NCBI GenBank assembly: GCA_038227875.1
Contig: JBBRPR010000054.1
Location: forward strand, 1-59,925
Direction of reading: 5' to 3'
DNA: 59,925 bases
Source of the DNA: Planctomycetota bacterium
Lineage (GTDB): Bacteria; Planctomycetota; SZUA-567; H5-PLA8
Shown here: positions 10,736 through 20,013 of the stretch, piece after piece
How positions within the stretch are numbered: position 1 is the stretch's first letter
Layout: each line of letters opens with the position of its first letter
The notes under the pieces: model-generated
Told to the model about the DNA's origin: nothing
Seen by the model: only the letters and a program-made list of their open reading frames with translations
The model's database searches: none
Position numbers and translations under genes: made by a program

Positions 10736-10934
10736 TATGCTTCTCCTTTGAAAATTTATCCGGAGTTTCGGAAATCAGTGGACGACTTTGCAGGCGAGCA
10801 AACTACGTACCGTGCAAGAAATGCTTGTAAGCCGTTTTTGCATGCCTCGCTTAAAGAGATTGCAACATTAGCGTGTTGCGACTCGCGACATCGGATTCAA
10901 CCAATTCAATAATTTGTCGCAAACAATTCATTCG

Positions 10935-11091
10935 TATTAATAAATTTTAATAGGTCATGGAGGATCGGATTGTATTAAGAAATCTTAATAACTTTATAGA
11001 ATTTGTTGGGGGAATGAAAAATGTTGTTACAAGCAAATCCTGAAAGCGCGGCGTCAGTGAAGTTCGAATTAGATATTAAGAAATCTTAATA
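10935..11091. promoter_or_regulatory. Three copies of an 18-bp palindromic operator TATTAAGA-AA-TCTTAATA
   Basis: Exact copies at 10973-10990 and 11074-11091; 16/18 copy at 10935-10952; in an AT-rich gap upstream of the chemosensory operon. Confidence 0.7.
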
Positions 11092-11155
11092 GGCTCGCGT
11101 AAGATTAAATGGATTATATTTTAATAGTATCTGGCTAACGGCTCATTACTCATTA

Positions 11156-12364
11156 CTAAGGTGCGCTTAAACACACGTTCGCCAGACGAAGGGGGATATC
11201 TTTCAACGCCAGACTGATATTCACCGCCTCCAGAGCTACGGCAGCCTTGGGCATACCGTAAACGACGCACGTCGCTTCGTCCTGCGCGATGGTGTAGCCG
11301 CCGGCATCGCGGATCGCTTTGAGTCCCACGGCACCGTCGTCTCCCATTCCCGTCAGCACCACGCCCACCGCCTGGTTGTTGTAATGCTTCGCTACGGATT
11401 CGAACAACACCGTGGCTGACGGGCGCACGAAACTCACGGACGGAGTCTGTAAGAGCCCCAGCACCCCGCGCCGCAGGAGAATCATGTGATGATTATCGGG
11501 TGCAAAGTAGACTTCCCCGGGATAGATCCGTTCGTCCTGTTTCGCGACTTTCAGCGGCAGAGCGCTCTCACCCTGAAGCCAGTCCACCAAGCCCCTCGTG
11601 AATCCCTGCGCGATATGTTGAACAATGACAATGGGAGTCGGAAACGTGGCGGGCAGATTTTTCAATACAGTGTTCAATGCTGCCGGTCCGCCCGTGGACG
11701 ACCCAATCGCCAAAATAGCAGGAGAAATTGCTCGTGAGTATCCGGAGACACTTGCCGATCCAGTGCGCAGCCCGGATTGGGTGGCCGGTCTCAAGCCCGA
11801 CTGCCCCGACTGGACCGAGGTAAACATTCCAGACTGCGACGTTGGGCGCGCGCCCGGAAGCTGAATGGCCGGACGCAGGGCGGACGTTCCCGCCGTCGGC
11901 AGCCCGGGTACGGAAGGCGTGGGGCCACTAATCCCACTGTCAGGATAATGCCGGCGCTGCCGCACGACCTTCACTTCCGACATGAGTTTCACCAATGTCA
12001 CCAGTTTTTCACGAATCGAATCAAAATTAGCCAATGCGCCGCGGGGCTTCTCAATGACATCCAGCGCACCGGCCTTGATCGCATTGAAGGACGTATTCAA
12101 ATCTGGTGAGTCAACTCCCGCGCTTACGACGATGATTCGCGTCGGACATTCCCGCATGATCCGGCGCGTCGCTTCAAAGCCGTCCATGATCGGCATGCGG
12201 ATGTCCATGGTGACGACATCCGGCTTGAGCTCAATGGCCTTCTGGACGCCTTCCAGCCCATTGTTGGCAACCCCGAGCACCTTGATCCCGGGATCCGACG
12301 ATAAAATCTCGACCAACATGGATTGCATTGTCGCCGAGTCTTCCACTATCAGAACGCCTATCAT
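11156..12364 (-). CDS. cheB: REC-CheB methylesterase (WspF-like)
   Basis: N-terminal REC; catalytic GSSTGG, VQH, LTGMGDDG; long Pro/Ser/Gly linker. Confidence 0.95.
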   Translation of the reverse strand: MIGVLIVEDSATMQSMLVEILSSDPGIKVLGVANNGLEGVQKAIELKPDVVTMDIRMPIMDGFEATRRIMRECPTRIIVVSAGVDSPDLNTSFNAIKAGALDVIEKPRGALANFDSIREKLVTLVKLMSEVKVVRQRRHYPDSGISGPTPSVPGLPTAGTSALRPAIQLPGARPTSQSGMFTSVQSGQSGLRPATQSGLRTGSASVSGYSRAISPAILAIGSSTGGPAALNTVLKNLPATFPTPIVIVQHIAQGFTRGLVDWLQGESALPLKVAKQDERIYPGEVYFAPDNHHMILLRRGVLGLLQTPSVSFVRPSATVLFESVAKHYNNQAVGVVLTGMGDDGAVGLKAIRDAGGYTIAQDEATCVVYGMPKAAVALEAVNISLALKDIPLRLANVCLSAP

Positions 12365-13169
12365 GCGCCATTCTCCCTGTTGTTATTGTCAAACCGTGAA
12401 CCCTCACATCAACACGCATCGCGATTATTCCGTGATTATACGCTTAATTGGTGGGTTTCGATCCCTAATCTTTGCATCGCCCGTCCAATAGACATGGATT
12501 CTGGCGACTGATCCATTAATTTTGTTCAAGCTTCCGGCAAGGGTACCGCATGGATAATCGGCCCCAAGAAAAAATGCTTTGCGAGGCGAATTCGATTTTA
12601 GTGCTGGGAATTTGTCATTTAACTTAGCCCCAATATCGTCAAATGGAATATCCCTTAAGCAACCGGGATGATGCATCGATAAATTCACCCTTGTTTGTTG
12701 CATCCATTTCCGCGCAATCCCATAGCTTGAGAAATACATCCAATAGCCTGCTGAATAAGAGCTTTGGGGTCCAGATGGATACCGAGCCCTAATTTTTGGG
12801 GGCTTCGGTCCGAAGCCTGTCCAGCCCGATACGCACTCCACCGTGCCGCAGACCGCGATGCCCGCAATCTGTTCGACTACGTGGAACTCGGCGCTTGGAA
12901 AGCGATCACAGTTTGCGCGTCGTCCATGTCGCTCAACCGGCCGGGAACTCTCCTCCCGGGCACCTACAGCGCCGCATTCTGGCCAACATGGCGAGCTTCT
13001 ACACAAAACAACAAACCGTGGATGTCAAAGTGGGCATGTTACGGCGGGTGGGTTACGGCAGATTACAACGCAAAACAAAAGATCCTCGATCTACTCTGAT
13101 TGAACTGCAAGCTCGAAGGTATAAGTCTTGTTCCGACGATGTATTGGCTGAAGGACTCGTTTTGAAAAA

Positions 13170-13248
13170 TGGTCGGGGCGGAGGGATTTGAACCCTCGAC
13201 CTCTTGCACCCCAAGCAAGCGCGCTAATCCAAGCTGCGCCACGCCCCG
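13170..13248 (-). tRNA. tRNA-Pro(GGG)
   Basis: Cloverleaf: acceptor CGGGGCG/CGCCCCG, anticodon arm CTTGC-TTGGGGT-GCAAG, T loop TTCAAAT, encoded CCA. Confidence 0.97.
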
Positions 13249-13310
13249 ATGTCTTAAAGGGTTGTATTTATTGAACTTACGAGCTTTTTATCTCTCCTAA
13301 TTTTCCAAGG

Positions 13311-13342
13311 CTATCGCACTTTGTGATAGCTGGTTGTGATAG
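13311..13342. repeat. Candidate integrase arm-type sites, left end
   Basis: TGTGATAG at 13322-13329 and 13335-13342 (13-bp period); inverted variant CTATCGCA at 13311-13318. Confidence 0.7.
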
Positions 13343-13441
13343 CATTTCATCGCTTCTCCGAACCAACACCCACGAGCCACTATGAATAACCCGCGCCGGG
13401 GTAATTCGCAAGCGGAAAGGCTCCGTCTGCTGGTCGCTTGT

Positions 13442-13463
13442 TTCAAATCCCGCCGCCCCGACC
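13442..13463 (+). other. tRNA-Pro-like 3' fragment (T arm + acceptor strand), inverted relative to the tRNA
   Basis: TTCAAATCCCGCCGCCCCGACC matches the tRNA 3' end at 21/22 positions. Confidence 0.65.
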
Positions 13464-13684
13464 GAAAAGCTTCTGCTGTGATTGGTGCTTCCATTCATGG
13501 GCTGTAGATGAGTCGGGAAAGTTCACCGGCAAAGGGCATTGATGTTGACCACTCCAGCGCACCGTGGGTAGAGAAAATTGTGCTGGCAACCCTGAGCATG
13601 ACCGCAGCGGCGGCATCCTTCGAGACAACGTAGACCCGTTCGAAAGTGCTATGAGAAGTTGCTTCCAAAGGGCGTGCGAAGTGC

Positions 13685-14395
13685 TTAGCCGAGACCCAAG
13701 TCTTGCACAAAACGATTTTCGGGACGCAGTTCGCTCGCGGGGCGATTGGCGTGCTTGGCGATGATGCTGTACAGCTTTTCTCTCACTTCTTCACGTGACT
13801 GCAACGGGCCTTTGTTGCGAATTATTTCCTTGCCGTGGCGAGTGGCTAAGTGAGAAACCAAATCCCTCATTGTGTGCGCTACCTTTGGCACCGTACAAGG
13901 TTCAGCACCAGTAATCCAAACCACTATCATCCACAGCAATAAAAGCACCAACGGAAGACCAACGACAAGAGCGGGAATGGAAGCAAGAACAACTGCTTTC
14001 CCGACCGAAAACGCTGCCCAACCACAAAGGACGGTCACAGTCAGCCAGAAAAGCGAAACGAGTCTTCGCGAATAGGAAAGCTTGGGTAGCGGGACTCCGA
14101 CCGCTTGTGTCATTTGGGTCCAGACTTTGGCTCTGGAAGATTTCGGAAGCACATCATCCATCTTCGTGGTTAAACGAATCTGTGCGCGACTCGCCCCTGC
14201 GTTAGCAACAAGAGCGTGCCGTAAACGAAGGGCAAAGATGACGTTTGGACAAACGCCGGGTTCAGCTTTTTGTTGGAGCTTTTTCCAAACCAACTCTTCC
14301 ATTTCACCGACTGTAGTGAACGTGTCAGTATCAAGAAGATTGATTTCAAACTCATCTTCGGCGTCCATTACCAATTCAACGATGTCAAGACCCAT
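13685..14395 (-). CDS. Circularly permuted acyl-carrier-protein-like protein with two TM helices
   Basis: Starts MGLDIVELVMDAEDEFEI (ACP helix II), ends LRPENRFVQDLGLG (ACP segment preceding helix II); central hydrophobic hairpin. Confidence 0.75.
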   Translation of the reverse strand: MGLDIVELVMDAEDEFEINLLDTDTFTTVGEMEELVWKKLQQKAEPGVCPNVIFALRLRHALVANAGASRAQIRLTTKMDDVLPKSSRAKVWTQMTQAVGVPLPKLSYSRRLVSLFWLTVTVLCGWAAFSVGKAVVLASIPALVVGLPLVLLLLWMIVVWITGAEPCTVPKVAHTMRDLVSHLATRHGKEIIRNKGPLQSREEVREKLYSIIAKHANRPASELRPENRFVQDLGLG

Positions 14396-14606
14396 AGCAT
14401 CGGGCTCCGCACTTGCACTTTGTCATTGCAACAAGAATAACGACCAGACTGCCCACATCAAAACGAAAAATTGCCGGAGAGTCACGCACACAGGATGGCC
14501 CCACCCCGCCGCCGCGATGATTACCGTCTCCGTTAGCTCTTTCGTGGCGACAAAGAAAGAGAGCAGTGCCTTGCCGTCCATGCGACCGTATTTGATTATT
14601 GCGGCA

Positions 14607-15305
14607 TCAAGAACCGAATATGGCAGTGGCGAGCCCTTGGCCCTTGCTGCGTTGGAAGCATGGCTCGGTCTTCTCGCTAAGTTGCTCTTCGTACTCAGTG
14701 CTGCTACGCCGAAAGACGATATTCAACGCTGTCTCGGAAATTTCCGCTTCCGCGTCGTCGAGACAGTACGTGTAATTGGTGAGGCGGACGAAGCGGCGAA
14801 AGTAACCGTCTTCTCGGAACCCATCACGAATCTTGAGGCAGTCAACCGGGCTTGGACCGCCAGCGATTTGAATAATGCGGGCGATGCGAGTTGCCTCACT
14901 TGCCAGTGCCGGACTGATTCGCGAGAACACCAACAGCAACATCGTGAGATACAGGGCGTCATCTTTCGCCACACCCGGTCCCAATGCGCGGGAAATGAAT
15001 GTTTCGTCGTGCTCCGTTTCGCACTCAAAGGCGCGCATCTGTTCAATGCGCTGGTGGATGTCGGCATTGGATTCGGACAAAGCACGCAAGAGCGCCGCCT
15101 TCGATTTTTCATCGCAGCACATCATAGGACATAGCTCGTGTTGGATGCGCAGCCGGTTCATCGCCGCAAGGACCGTCGCTTTCCCCTGCATCAACCAGTG
15201 GCTCACTCGTTCATAAAATTCCTTGGTTTCCATCGCCGTGTTCCTTTCCACAATATTATCGTGCACGGCGGTGAAGATTCTAAGAGAATCTGAAAAGAAT
15301 CTCAC
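14607..15305 (-). CDS. Hypothetical protein
   Basis: Long helical-looking ORF co-oriented with its neighbours; start may be METKEF. Confidence 0.55.
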   Translation of the reverse strand: MRFFSDSLRIFTAVHDNIVERNTAMETKEFYERVSHWLMQGKATVLAAMNRLRIQHELCPMMCCDEKSKAALLRALSESNADIHQRIEQMRAFECETEHDETFISRALGPGVAKDDALYLTMLLLVFSRISPALASEATRIARIIQIAGGPSPVDCLKIRDGFREDGYFRRFVRLTNYTYCLDDAEAEISETALNIVFRRSSTEYEEQLSEKTEPCFQRSKGQGLATAIFGS

Positions 15306-15318
15306 AGACCCCCAATAA

Positions 15319-15831
15319 TTATGGAGCCGGATTATTGGCAGTCGATGGAGCAGCCGTGTACATAGTTGGTGTGGCTGGTAAGTTCTGGCGTGCGCGAGCC
15401 GCCTCTACCTTTCGCGTCTGCTTGCACATGAACTCGCAATGCTCTAACCACCGGCGCACCGTTCTTTTTGATGGCATCGGGCCACGTATGCAGTTTTGGA
15501 TTTCCTGTTGCATGATGCTTGAATTGGTCTTTCGCTTGAGAACCACCACGGCGCGGTAGACGTAGTGGTACGCTCCCCGGTACTCCCGTTTAATTTTTCC
15601 AAAATTTTTGTGACATAATGCGCCAATGTAGTCGCCCTTGTTAATCTTATGGATGAATCGCCACAGCGTTCTGCGAGTTCTACATCCAAGCATTTTTTGA
15701 ATCGCAAGCGCAGATAAATTTCCCGAACACATGCGGAGTGCTTTGGCTCGCTTATCCACCCACGGCGTAGTTGCTCGCAGCCCCAACACTTCCGATAACG
15801 CAGTATCAAAGTCCTGTCCATCGCTCTCCAT
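15319..15831 (-). CDS. Helix-turn-helix protein resembling the IS630/Tc1 DNA-binding region, no DDE domain
   Basis: SALAIQKMLGCRTRRTLWRF and PSKRTVRRWL HTH-like motifs; GAGGGG RBS upstream. Confidence 0.55.
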   Translation of the reverse strand: MESDGQDFDTALSEVLGLRATTPWVDKRAKALRMCSGNLSALAIQKMLGCRTRRTLWRFIHKINKGDYIGALCHKNFGKIKREYRGAYHYVYRAVVVLKRKTNSSIMQQEIQNCIRGPMPSKRTVRRWLEHCEFMCKQTRKVEAARARQNLPATPTMYTAAPSTANNPAP

Positions 15832-16209
15832 AGTAAGCCCCCTCTTTTCATAGATACGCGGCCACGATTATCGACAATATGCACGGGCGAACAGACTTGT
15901 GACCAAAGTCATGTCCACATTAGTAAGGTGATTATAAAGAAATTCTCAATGCAAAGGGTCTGTTCGGTGCCAAGTTAAAAAAAACAGCCTTTCAAAATAT
16001 GGCAAATTCTATATTCGCGAAATTCAAGAATCGCCGTTTGCCAACTGAAAGCGAAATTTAATCGCAAGTGCCGGTTGCCATTTCAAAAATATTCCTGAAC
16101 AAAGAACTCACAGGTGCCCCCTTCGGGTATAAAAATTTATTTTTATTGCCGTCGTATTTTTTCGGACGATTTTCATAGAAAATAGCGGTGGTCAGACGTT
16201 AATTACAGC

Positions 16210-16818
16210 ATGGACACGAATCGAAAAACATTGCGTGCGGCAATCTACTGTCGGGTGTCTACTGCCGACCAAAGTACAACCATGCAACTTCAAGAGCTTC
16301 GCGATTACTTGGAGCGCCGGGGCTGCACCATCGTCGATTCTTACGTCGATGAAGGCGTGTCGGGAACGAAGGCTTCAAGGCCGCAGTTGGACCGGCTCAT
16401 GGCCGATGCTCGACGCCGCAAGTTTGACTGCATCGCCGTGTGGCGTTTTGACAGATTCGCACGCTCTACGGCTCACCTGCTGTCGGCATTGGACGAATTC
16501 CGTGTGCTTGGCATCGACTTCATTAGCTTGAACGAATCCATCGACACAACGACGCCTCTTGGAAAAATGGTTTTCACTGTCTGCGCAGCCGTCGCGGAGC
16601 TTGAGCGCGCCATCATCGTTGAACGAGTCCGGGCGGGGGTGGCCAAAGCGCGCCGCGATGGAAAGCAGCTTGGTAGACCACCCGGAAGTAAAATTGATGT
16701 AGACGCAGCGCGCTGTCTCCATAAAAGGGGTAAGTCCATCCGAGAGATTGCCAAAGAGTTGGGAGTGAGCATTGGAAGTGCTCACAAAGCCGTTCACAAT
16801 ACCCATCAGGAAAACTGA
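16210..16818 (+). CDS. Serine recombinase (resolvase/invertase family)
   Basis: YCRVST catalytic motif, SG..RPQL, DRFARS, ER..AG, GRP, C-terminal HTH. Confidence 0.95.
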   Translation: MDTNRKTLRAAIYCRVSTADQSTTMQLQELRDYLERRGCTIVDSYVDEGVSGTKASRPQLDRLMADARRRKFDCIAVWRFDRFARSTAHLLSALDEFRVLGIDFISLNESIDTTTPLGKMVFTVCAAVAELERAIIVERVRAGVAKARRDGKQLGRPPGSKIDVDAARCLHKRGKSIREIAKELGVSIGSAHKAVHNTHQEN

Positions 16819-16820
16819 CC

Positions 16821-17192
16821 ATGCTAAGGAAGAATTCTAAGTTTTTGAAGAATCAGGCGCTTATCAAGAAGCGCAACCGCGAAATCTTAGCAGCGCAGTC
16901 GGACTTGCGCGACATCGTGAGATTTGCAAACGTGTTCCAATTCAATGACTATGAGGTTGCCATCCTCTATCAGTTCGCCAGCCGTTATCATTGCCGCGAC
17001 AGGTCTGAGCTAATAAGTGAACTTCGCAGGCAAAAGTTGGCAAGCGAAAAGAAGACAAACAAGGCTTTTGAGCGACTGATTGCTGAGAACATTCTGGTTC
17101 CATCAGCAGGCTATCTTACCATCAATCTTAAATACATTCGTGATGATTTCGCGAGCGAAATATCAGACATGGTGTTTCAGGAATTTGAATGA
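16821..17192 (+). CDS. Hypothetical protein, possible winged helix
   Basis: Starts 2 bp after the recombinase stop; YEVAILYQF...AFERLIAENIL...YLTINL pattern. Confidence 0.55.
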   Translation: MLRKNSKFLKNQALIKKRNREILAAQSDLRDIVRFANVFQFNDYEVAILYQFASRYHCRDRSELISELRRQKLASEKKTNKAFERLIAENILVPSAGYLTINLKYIRDDFASEISDMVFQEFE

Positions 17193-17455
17193 GGAAACCT
17201 GTTCAATAAATCCCCTACCAAGATGCCCTCGTGCTTCCCTATGGCGCTGATAGGGCGTTTCGGTGTTCAAAGAAACAGATGATTCTTTGAACGCGGCCCC
17301 GGTGAATTAGCGTCCCCGTCGCGCTAAGGCGATTCCGGGCCAATTCGGAACCATTGGCGCACGCTACGCGGGAAAGTCGCGCCAGTGCCCGCGAATGCGA
17401 ATGGCGGGTCATAATGCGCGCCGGTGCTCTTTTTGGTAGCACCGGGCTATAAGCA

Positions 17456-19018
17456 TCAATGAGGGGGCGGCGGTAATAAAGGCGTTTCTCGCTCTGGATT
17501 GGGCAGCAGTCCAAGGGTCGTATCAAGATTCTCAAGTACCATTTTCGAGTGGTCGATGATTGAAAATAATATTTTGAAATATCCCTCTTTGGACTGCTGG
17601 ACATCCTTGACCTTTGTTCCTTCAAAGGTCTTGCGCAATAATTTGAAGACAATGGGAGTATCGAACAATGAAATCCGCCAGTTCTCCAATGTCATTCCAA
17701 CCGGGCTGATTATCTCGTAATCTGTGGGTGGATTGTTGGGAACGGTGACAGTAAAATTTCCATTAACGATTTCGGTGACAGAACCTTTCGCAGCAAGTTC
17801 CCATAACCTTAAAATATCCTGTTCATGTTCTTTCGTAATCATTCGTGGCAATTTCGGTTTAACGTTAAAATGTTCAGCGAGTTCACGTGCACGCTTTAGG
17901 AATCGCAAAAACCCTTGAAGGGTCACGAAAACTTCGCGGTCGGGAATTGCACCAATCACAAGCTCCGATTCGGCAAACCCTTCAATAGAAAAAACCGCCC
18001 CCTCTACAACAGCATCAGCAATTTTAACAACTTCGTCAAACCTGTTCAATCGTAACAACGGACAATTGTACCATGCCTTAAATTTAAAACTTAACTCCAT
18101 CGAGCCGGAATCCTTTTCTACCACAACACCAAGATGCAGAACGGCGCTATCATCATTGCTTTCAAAGCGCGATTCTTTCTGTGCTCGTGTTCGCAGCCCT
18201 TCTATTCGTGGAATTGCCAAAAGTTCGTTTCCATTTGCAGCCCTTGCAACCAAAGTGACCGAAGTGCGGTCTTCATTTGCAAACTTTATTGTCCCGACCT
18301 TTTTGATTTCGAACAATGGAGCGCCTTTAACTGTACATGATTCTGGTGATACAGGTATTTCGTAGCCCTTTGAAAACTTGTCGAGCATTTCGGGCGTCAT
18401 ATCTTTAAACGTAACGGCGAATTCGACGGGCTTTATAGGGGTACAGGTGTAATTCGTATGCGTTGCTGTTGCGCTGATTTCAACGGAGAACCGTGGGTCA
18501 AGCTTTTGTAATCGCCATTGTTCAAGCCGGATTTTATGCGCTACCATGAACTGTGTGGCATCGTCACACGCCGTTAAAAAGCTGGCGTGGTCCGCAAGAA
18601 AATTAGTGTACGGACATTTGACGTTTATCGTTTTTTGTGTTTCCCATTTTATGCCTTCAAGATGCTGATAGATATAGTCCTGTAAAAAGCAATAATACGC
18701 CGCTTTGTCTTCCAAGTCCACAACCACGAGAAATGCCGGAAGTGGCCATGTCTTGAGGCAGTCAATGAGAGTGGAAACTTCCAAGGGATAGCTAATGTAG
18801 TCCTTGCAATGCTTACCCCTACCATCCTTGGTTCTTCCCTTCAACTGGATAAAAATCTCGACACCGGCTGGCTCTTCATTCTTGAAAATTTGCCCTTTAT
18901 AATCCACCCCGTAGTCATTTACCGATATGATTGCGAGAGCGCACTTTTTGGTTATTAGGGATTCAAAGACGCTCTTTGCCGCGTCATTGATTTCATGCTG
19001 TTCGGTTCTCTTCGCCAT
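17456..19018 (-). CDS. DUF4365-type PD-(D/E)xK nuclease-domain protein
   Basis: N-terminal DYGVD...IFIQLKG motif and LPAFLVVVD strand; long unrecognised C-terminal region. Confidence 0.8.
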   Translation of the reverse strand: MAKRTEQHEINDAAKSVFESLITKKCALAIISVNDYGVDYKGQIFKNEEPAGVEIFIQLKGRTKDGRGKHCKDYISYPLEVSTLIDCLKTWPLPAFLVVVDLEDKAAYYCFLQDYIYQHLEGIKWETQKTINVKCPYTNFLADHASFLTACDDATQFMVAHKIRLEQWRLQKLDPRFSVEISATATHTNYTCTPIKPVEFAVTFKDMTPEMLDKFSKGYEIPVSPESCTVKGAPLFEIKKVGTIKFANEDRTSVTLVARAANGNELLAIPRIEGLRTRAQKESRFESNDDSAVLHLGVVVEKDSGSMELSFKFKAWYNCPLLRLNRFDEVVKIADAVVEGAVFSIEGFAESELVIGAIPDREVFVTLQGFLRFLKRARELAEHFNVKPKLPRMITKEHEQDILRLWELAAKGSVTEIVNGNFTVTVPNNPPTDYEIISPVGMTLENWRISLFDTPIVFKLLRKTFEGTKVKDVQQSKEGYFKILFSIIDHSKMVLENLDTTLGLLPNPERETPLLPPPPH

Positions 19019-19443
19019 CTGCGCCTTTCCGGGTGCGGACTGTCGTATGATTTTACCGCAGAAGAGCCAGCGTTCAATGCAGGGTTATTATCAGTCATCG
19101 TACCCAACGGGATAGCCCATGTCGCTGCAAGCTTTTTGAATCTGCTCAAGGGCGGTGTGTGGTTGGCGCTGCCCGTTCTCCAATCCGCCATCCAAAGCCC
19201 CGAAGCGCGCCTATAATAGCTCACCCGCCGCATTCTGGCCGCATCCGTGAGTGTCTAAAGGCACTATTGGCCTTCGAACATGGTTTGACGGATTAATCCC
19301 GCCACAGCCCGCCAAAATCACTGTTTCTTATATCGTTTTTAGTACATAAATTTATTTGTATTGGGTTGTACCGTAACACTTTCATAATTTTTTTATAATC
19401 GGGAAAGTGTGACGTTAAACCTTAGAGGAAAAGGAGAAAAACA

Positions 19444-19648
19444 GTGGATACGCCAATTACATCCGAACAGGTGCCAAGTCGGACATACGGAATGAAGATT
19501 CCCGCCCCGGCCTTGGAGTGGCTACATCAAAAGGCGCGATTGGAATCCGTGAAACACCGCCAGCACTGTCAAGTGCTGCGACCTAATCAGAAGCGCACTT
19601 ATAAAGCAGTACGGTGAAGAGTTGAAACAACTCCTTGCCAAAGTGTAA
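19444..19648 (+). pseudogene. Ribbon-helix-helix regulator with an apparent +1 frameshift near 19567
   Basis: AAGGAG RBS and GTG start; TYGMKIPAPALEWLHQKARLES continues in the next frame as VKCCDLIRSALIKQYGEELKQLLAKV*. Confidence 0.5.
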
Positions 19649-19728
19649 CACTCATCAAGGGAGCGCCCGTGTCTGTATACGCGGGGCTTCTATCGCAGCA
19701 CACTGCCTTTATAATAAGGAGTCACATA

Positions 19729-20013
19729 ATGGAAAATTATCACAAGAAGCAGACCATAACAATTGAACCGCCCGGCTACGTTCATGGTTGGGACCGTGGA
19801 GGCTACTATGGCATGGTATTCAGATACCTAAAGGAGATAGGTGCAGAAATCGTTATTGATGTTGATAAAATTCCCTCTCAAATACTATGTGATGGAGTCA
19901 CCGTCGAGCCTGTGAAAGACCCATTATTTCAAGCCATGAATACTGCCGACCGCCTTGGCTACACAAAATTTCGGCTTGAAATAGCTAAAGCACGAAGGGA
20001 GAGCCGAAAATGA
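19729..20013 (+). CDS. Hypothetical protein
   Basis: AAGGAG RBS before ATG 19729; stop overlaps the start of the next gene (ATGA). Confidence 0.65.
   Translation: MENYHKKQTITIEPPGYVHGWDRGGYYGMVFRYLKEIGAEIVIDVDKIPSQILCDGVTVEPVKDPLFQAMNTADRLGYTKFRLEIAKARRESRK

Noticed and set aside
12425..13160. Several overlapping ORFs between cheB and the tRNA
   Set aside because: No recognisable motif or consistent frame; may be a decayed gene, but cannot be supported
13250..13310. Specific island-borne promoter for the intact tRNA
   Set aside because: AT-rich, but no -35/-10 pair with acceptable spacing could be identified by eye
14082..15134. 350-aa plus-strand ORF
   Set aside because: Antisense to two better-supported minus-strand genes; no motifs
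15319..15831. Intact IS630 element
   Set aside because: No DDE catalytic domain or terminal inverted repeats found
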